From: Eubacteriales bacterium
GTDB taxonomy: Bacteria > Bacillota > Clostridia > Oscillospirales > CAG-272
Assembly: GCA_045532805.1 (NCBI GenBank)
Contig: JAZSGQ010000073.1
Coordinates: 1 to 51,443 of the forward strand
Direction of reading: 5' to 3'
DNA length: 51,443 nt
In this document: positions 47,778-51,443 of the stretch, one piece after another
Position numbering within the stretch: the stretch's first letter is position 1
Layout of the letters: every line of letters starts with the position of its first letter
The notes under the pieces: model-generated
Seen by the model: only the letters and a program-made list of their open reading frames with translations
Databases searched by the model: none
What the model was told of the DNA's origin: nothing
Made by a program: the position numbers and the translations under genes

Positions 47778-48896
47778 TTATTGTGCACCTTTCTTTAAGT
47801 TGCAGTCGCGGCAGAGCATTTGGCAATTTTCAGGGGTAGTATGTCCACCTTTCGACCACGCTTTTATGTGGTCGGCGTGCATATCTTCGAACTCAAATTC
47901 TTCGCCACAGATTGCACACTTATGATTTTGCTTTTCATAAGCCGCAAGGGCATCACGGCGGTCAAAGGCGCGAATAGAAAGTTTCTTTTCTTCTCCGGTC
48001 AGCAGATACTCGTAAATGCCGGATTTCTTCGTTACATCTTCGTCGCCCATAAGTCGCTGAATCTCAAGCTCAAGCTTTTTGGGATCAAGATCTGTGCGCT
48101 TGCCGTGTTCGTTATAATACAAGCCCCAAGGTAAGCCCTTCATTTCTTTGCGCTTCTTCGGGAAGATGGCTTGTACCCAATCAATAACCGAACGGAAATA
48201 ATTCCAAAGTGATACGGCGCTGGGGTCATGCTGATGCTCGGACATATAACCTTCGATGGTTTTACCCTCGGCACTTGCCGCCCACAGTATGGCCGTTTCA
48301 AGATACTCCTGACGAATGCTCGAACCCTTCAAATAATCGCCGGCGAGCGCATCTGCCGCACATCCTGTTTTGGAAAAGTATCTCTTGGCATCGGAAGTCC
48401 ACGAGCCTGCATACACCGCATTCCGCAATTCTTGATCAGTAAGTTCTTCACCTGCTATATTTATGATTTTAAACCATTCCAATTTTTCTGACTCGGTTCC
48501 GTTGCAAACATAGATAAATAGTTCATAATCCAGAATCGCATCACGTTTATCTTTGGGCAGATTTGCAAACAGCATATCATCTACAGAGAAATTACCATCT
48601 ATGTATTCGCAAAGAGAAATCGTGCGCTGCTGACCATCTAAAACTTCGTATCGGGGAGTATCGGGATCGTCCTCATATTCCTCACCACGGTCTACCCAAT
48701 ACATAACATTTAAAGGGAGTCCCTTCATAACAGTACGAATTACTTCGTTGCGCTGTTCATCCTTATATACAAACTCACGCTGATATTTCGGGCGAATATC
48801 TAGTTGTTCATCGTATCCAACAACACCTTCTTCGGCATCATTGAAATAATTGTCTGTGATATCTCGTATAGTTATTTTTCGTTCCTCTATATGCAT
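47778..48896 (-). CDS. DUF262 (GmrS/ParB-like) plus HNH endonuclease
   Basis: RPKYQREFVY, VLDGQQR, FKIIN...QELRNA; C-terminal CAIC...DHIKAWSKGG...NCQMLCRDCN. Confidence 0.88.
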   Translation of the reverse strand: MHIEERKITIRDITDNYFNDAEEGVVGYDEQLDIRPKYQREFVYKDEQRNEVIRTVMKGLPLNVMYWVDRGEEYEDDPDTPRYEVLDGQQRTISLCEYIDGNFSVDDMLFANLPKDKRDAILDYELFIYVCNGTESEKLEWFKIINIAGEELTDQELRNAVYAGSWTSDAKRYFSKTGCAADALAGDYLKGSSIRQEYLETAILWAASAEGKTIEGYMSEHQHDPSAVSLWNYFRSVIDWVQAIFPKKRKEMKGLPWGLYYNEHGKRTDLDPKKLELEIQRLMGDEDVTKKSGIYEYLLTGEEKKLSIRAFDRRDALAAYEKQNHKCAICGEEFEFEDMHADHIKAWSKGGHTTPENCQMLCRDCNLKKGAQ

Positions 48897-50047
48897 TATT
48901 GTTTACCTCCTTTGGGTGGTTCGGGATTTTTGTTGCGAATAAAAATTCTTTTGTAGATCATCGTGGCAACACCATTTTTATAGACGCCAGCAGTGGGGTT
49001 CCCTTCTTTATAAGAGCCTTTCCCACCGGAACTATAATAATCGTCAACAAACTTCTGTGTCAGACCAGGTGTCGTTTTATATTCATCAGGTACTATACCA
49101 TTGTCACTAGTTCCAAGTATTTCGAATTGGTCAGGATTATATTTATCCATGAAAGTTATCGGAACTCCCATAACACCTGCGTAATCAAAAGGAATATCGG
49201 AAACCTTATCAATATTTATTGCATCATAATTGACATATTTGAGATGAAGATACGGATCATATCGTCTAACTAGAATTAATTCTTCGTGTCTCTTTTTAAT
49301 ATCTAGGTTAGTAAACCAACAAATATTGCCAAGAGACCGCCATTTTTGCCCAGCCTCATCCTCCCAATATCGAGTTTCTCGTGCTTCATAATACTCGGGC
49401 ACCATAAATGCCATATCGCCGGACTTGTCTCCGAGCCAAATTTTGTTATCTCGTAATAATGGGAAGATCTCTTTATAGGTAATAGCGTTTTGGTTACCGA
49501 TAACGATGAAACTTTTATTATTATCTTGTAATACTGCTATATATTCACGGAACAAGGAAAAAGGCGGATTTGTAACAATAATGTCAGATTCCTTAAGAAG
49601 ACATAAACATTCTTCAGACCTAAAATCTCCATCACCTTCAAGTTCGGAAAGCTCATTTTCTCCAGTTTTAAAGAGCTCGGCAACATCGAACATATCAATG
49701 CCGCCATCACCTGTTTTATCGTATACTTTCGTCACGATAGCTTTGTATGCCTTGTTGTGTTTGCTTTCTTCTATTCCAGTAACATCAAACAATGAAAGCT
49801 GAGTGTTTGCAACAGGTGATGAGGCATAACAAGTAGCAATTAGTTTCTTTAACCCTAAACGGTTAAAGTTTAAAACGAAGTATTTAAAAAAGTTGCTTTC
49901 AAATGGATCATCACAATTACAAAAGACGGTCTTATCCTTGAAATGTTTTCTATAATGTCGCATTTCTTTTTCCACATCTGTAAGTTGTGTATAAAACTCA
50001 TCTTCTTTAGCAAGTCTGGCTGCCCCTAAGCTTTTATTTCCTGCCAT
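48896..50047 (-). CDS. EcoRI-family adenine-specific DNA methyltransferase
   Basis: DEFYT, CNCDDP, GDGDFRS, DIIVTNPPFS, GVMGVPITF. Confidence 0.9.
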   Translation of the reverse strand: MAGNKSLGAARLAKEDEFYTQLTDVEKEMRHYRKHFKDKTVFCNCDDPFESNFFKYFVLNFNRLGLKKLIATCYASSPVANTQLSLFDVTGIEESKHNKAYKAIVTKVYDKTGDGGIDMFDVAELFKTGENELSELEGDGDFRSEECLCLLKESDIIVTNPPFSLFREYIAVLQDNNKSFIVIGNQNAITYKEIFPLLRDNKIWLGDKSGDMAFMVPEYYEARETRYWEDEAGQKWRSLGNICWFTNLDIKKRHEELILVRRYDPYLHLKYVNYDAINIDKVSDIPFDYAGVMGVPITFMDKYNPDQFEILGTSDNGIVPDEYKTTPGLTQKFVDDYYSSGGKGSYKEGNPTAGVYKNGVATMIYKRIFIRNKNPEPPKGGKQ

Positions 50048-50053
50048 CTCAAA

Positions 50054-50641
50054 TCACCCCACAATTCCGCAGTCTGTTTTTAGTGCTTCAATTTTTTCAA
50101 AAAACTCATATTTATCTTTTGAGCCACGCACTAATGCCAGTATATCGTCCACTTTCCTGTCATATTGGTTTGTTGTGAAGAAGTAGTACAAAATATTATT
50201 TAGATCGGCACTTAAGTCATTCAATTCGTAATAATTGATGTAAAATGCCTTTTTAGCATAATTCGTTATTCTTCTGACATCAGAGATATATGGCTTGGTA
50301 ATAGCGTTATGTTTGTTTCTTGCAATCCCACCAATTTTAGAAAACACCTTGTCTACAGATTCTTCTGTGTATTTCCCATCGTCATCTTTAACTAAATACT
50401 GTGACAAAGCAGCCTCAATGCTTTCGCATAATATATCAAAGCCGAATTCTCGTATCCATTTTTTACAATTAAGAATGCCAGTTTCGCTAAATGAATATCC
50501 AGTTATAGAAATTAAGTCTTGAATTTTTTCAAGCATTTCATCTAAAGTCATTTTATATGATGTTACTGTTTGCTTTGAACCACAAAAGTTGCAGAACACA
50601 GATCCATCAGCAATGTCTTTTTTACAAGCAATACATTCCAT
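50054..50641 (-). CDS. Zinc-ribbon-containing hypothetical protein
   Basis: CIAC-X10-CNFC at the N-terminus; AAGGAG RBS. Confidence 0.75.
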   Translation of the reverse strand: MECIACKKDIADGSVFCNFCGSKQTVTSYKMTLDEMLEKIQDLISITGYSFSETGILNCKKWIREFGFDILCESIEAALSQYLVKDDDGKYTEESVDKVFSKIGGIARNKHNAITKPYISDVRRITNYAKKAFYINYYELNDLSADLNNILYYFFTTNQYDRKVDDILALVRGSKDKYEFFEKIEALKTDCGIVG

Positions 50642-50659
50642 AATAACTCCTTCTATCTT

Positions 50660-51265
50660 TCACAATTCCTCCGTCTTAAAAGTCGTATAACCCTCATAGT
50701 AGTAGCTGTGGTCGATGCCTTTCATATAGACCTCGCGGCTATGGATATTGTCGGTCAGGGCGTTTTTCAGGATATGCTTGATCTCGATATCCTTAATGGG
50801 ACTGCGTTCCATTGCAAGCAGATAGTCCTCTTTATCCACCTTGCTCCAATCGACAACCCTGCCGATCTCCTTCTTAAAGATGCAATCCAGCCAGGTGCGT
50901 GTGCTTCTGCCGTTGCCCTCACGGAAGGGGTGGGCGATATTCATTTCCACGTACTTCTCCACGATCTCGTCAAAAGTGGACTGGGGCATTTTGTCAATAT
51001 TAGCAAGAGCCGCTTCAAGGTACATCAAGGGAGCGAAACGGAAGTTGCCTTTAGAAATATTTACGGTTCTGAGTTTTCCAGCAAAGTCGTAGATCTCATC
51101 AAAGAGAAACTTGTGAATTGCCTTGAGAGCAGAGAATTTTCCTGCTTCCAGTTTATCAAGCATACCGTTTTCAAAAAGTTCAAGAGCCTTTTTCTTGCTG
51201 ATGCGTTCTTCCTCACGGGCAAGGTCTGCGGAACTTGTAAGCCCCAATTTATTTTCAAGTGCCAT
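50660..51265 (-). CDS. fic: Fic-domain AMP transferase, class III (C-terminal auto-inhibitory helix)
   Basis: HPFREGNGRSTR catalytic motif; SYYYEG inhibitory motif at the C-terminus. Confidence 0.9.
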   Translation of the reverse strand: MALENKLGLTSSADLAREEERISKKKALELFENGMLDKLEAGKFSALKAIHKFLFDEIYDFAGKLRTVNISKGNFRFAPLMYLEAALANIDKMPQSTFDEIVEKYVEMNIAHPFREGNGRSTRTWLDCIFKKEIGRVVDWSKVDKEDYLLAMERSPIKDIEIKHILKNALTDNIHSREVYMKGIDHSYYYEGYTTFKTEEL

Positions 51266-51285
51266 ATTGCGCCTCCAAATTCTAA

Positions 51286-51443
51286 TTACTTATCAGCCGC
51301 AACGCCGGATTTCATCCAAGCATCAACTTCGCTGATTTTAAATTTCCACAGTCTGCCGATCTTTGCGGCGGGCATATTGCGACGTTCAATCCAGTCGAGA
51401 ACAGTATCACGGCTAACGCCCAAATATTCCATTATTTCTTTCA
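51286..51443 (-). CDS. Excisionase-like helix-turn-helix DNA-binding protein (5' end outside window; absent from ORF track)
   Basis: Hand translation: KEIMEYLGVSRDTVLDWIERRNMPAAKIGRLWKFKISEVDAWMKSGVAADK*. Confidence 0.8.
   Translation of the reverse strand, partial: KEIMEYLGVSRDTVLDWIERRNMPAAKIGRLWKFKISEVDAWMKSGVAADK

Larger units (their letters stand above)
47700..51443. mobile_element. AT-rich accessory/defence island, continuing beyond the window
   Basis: Clear drop in GC and change in codon use; MTase, nuclease, Fic and excisionase-like genes; no integrase inside the window. Confidence 0.6.

Noticed and set aside
47700..47780. tRNA or tRNA-derived att site at the island edge (TTTTTGG after a terminator)
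   Set aside because: No T-loop GTTCGA or cloverleaf on either strand

Overview
GC-rich chromosomal segment of a spore-forming Clostridia-type Firmicute (cotJABC, sigma-A-like promoters, AGGAGG RBSs). Positions 1-44 kb are mostly core and metabolic genes: GH20, pnuC, acyltransferase, PfkB kinase, cotJABC, a DUF4838/Gfo-Idh-MocA/putative GH/PocR-AraC sugar locus, cls plus a two-component module, tmcAL/ackA/gpmI, prfB, serC/serA and glpK. They also include a 13-kb seven-gene sugar-uptake operon (giant solute-binding protein, four permeases, NHL-TPR-YIP1 fusion, DUF5696-like protein). Two non-coding regions hold structured repeats: three 97-nt-type ERIC-like hairpins at 30.3-30.6 kb, and a hub at 44.5-45.7 kb with GNA-loop mini-hairpin arrays joined by constant linkers, nested palindromes and a GTAG-type REP. 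After an AT-richer pepO, the window ends in an AT-rich accessory island: excisionase-like HTH, class III Fic, zinc-ribbon protein, EcoRI-family adenine methyltransferase and a DUF262(DGQQR)-HNH nuclease. All family calls come from motif recognition by eye; no database search was run.
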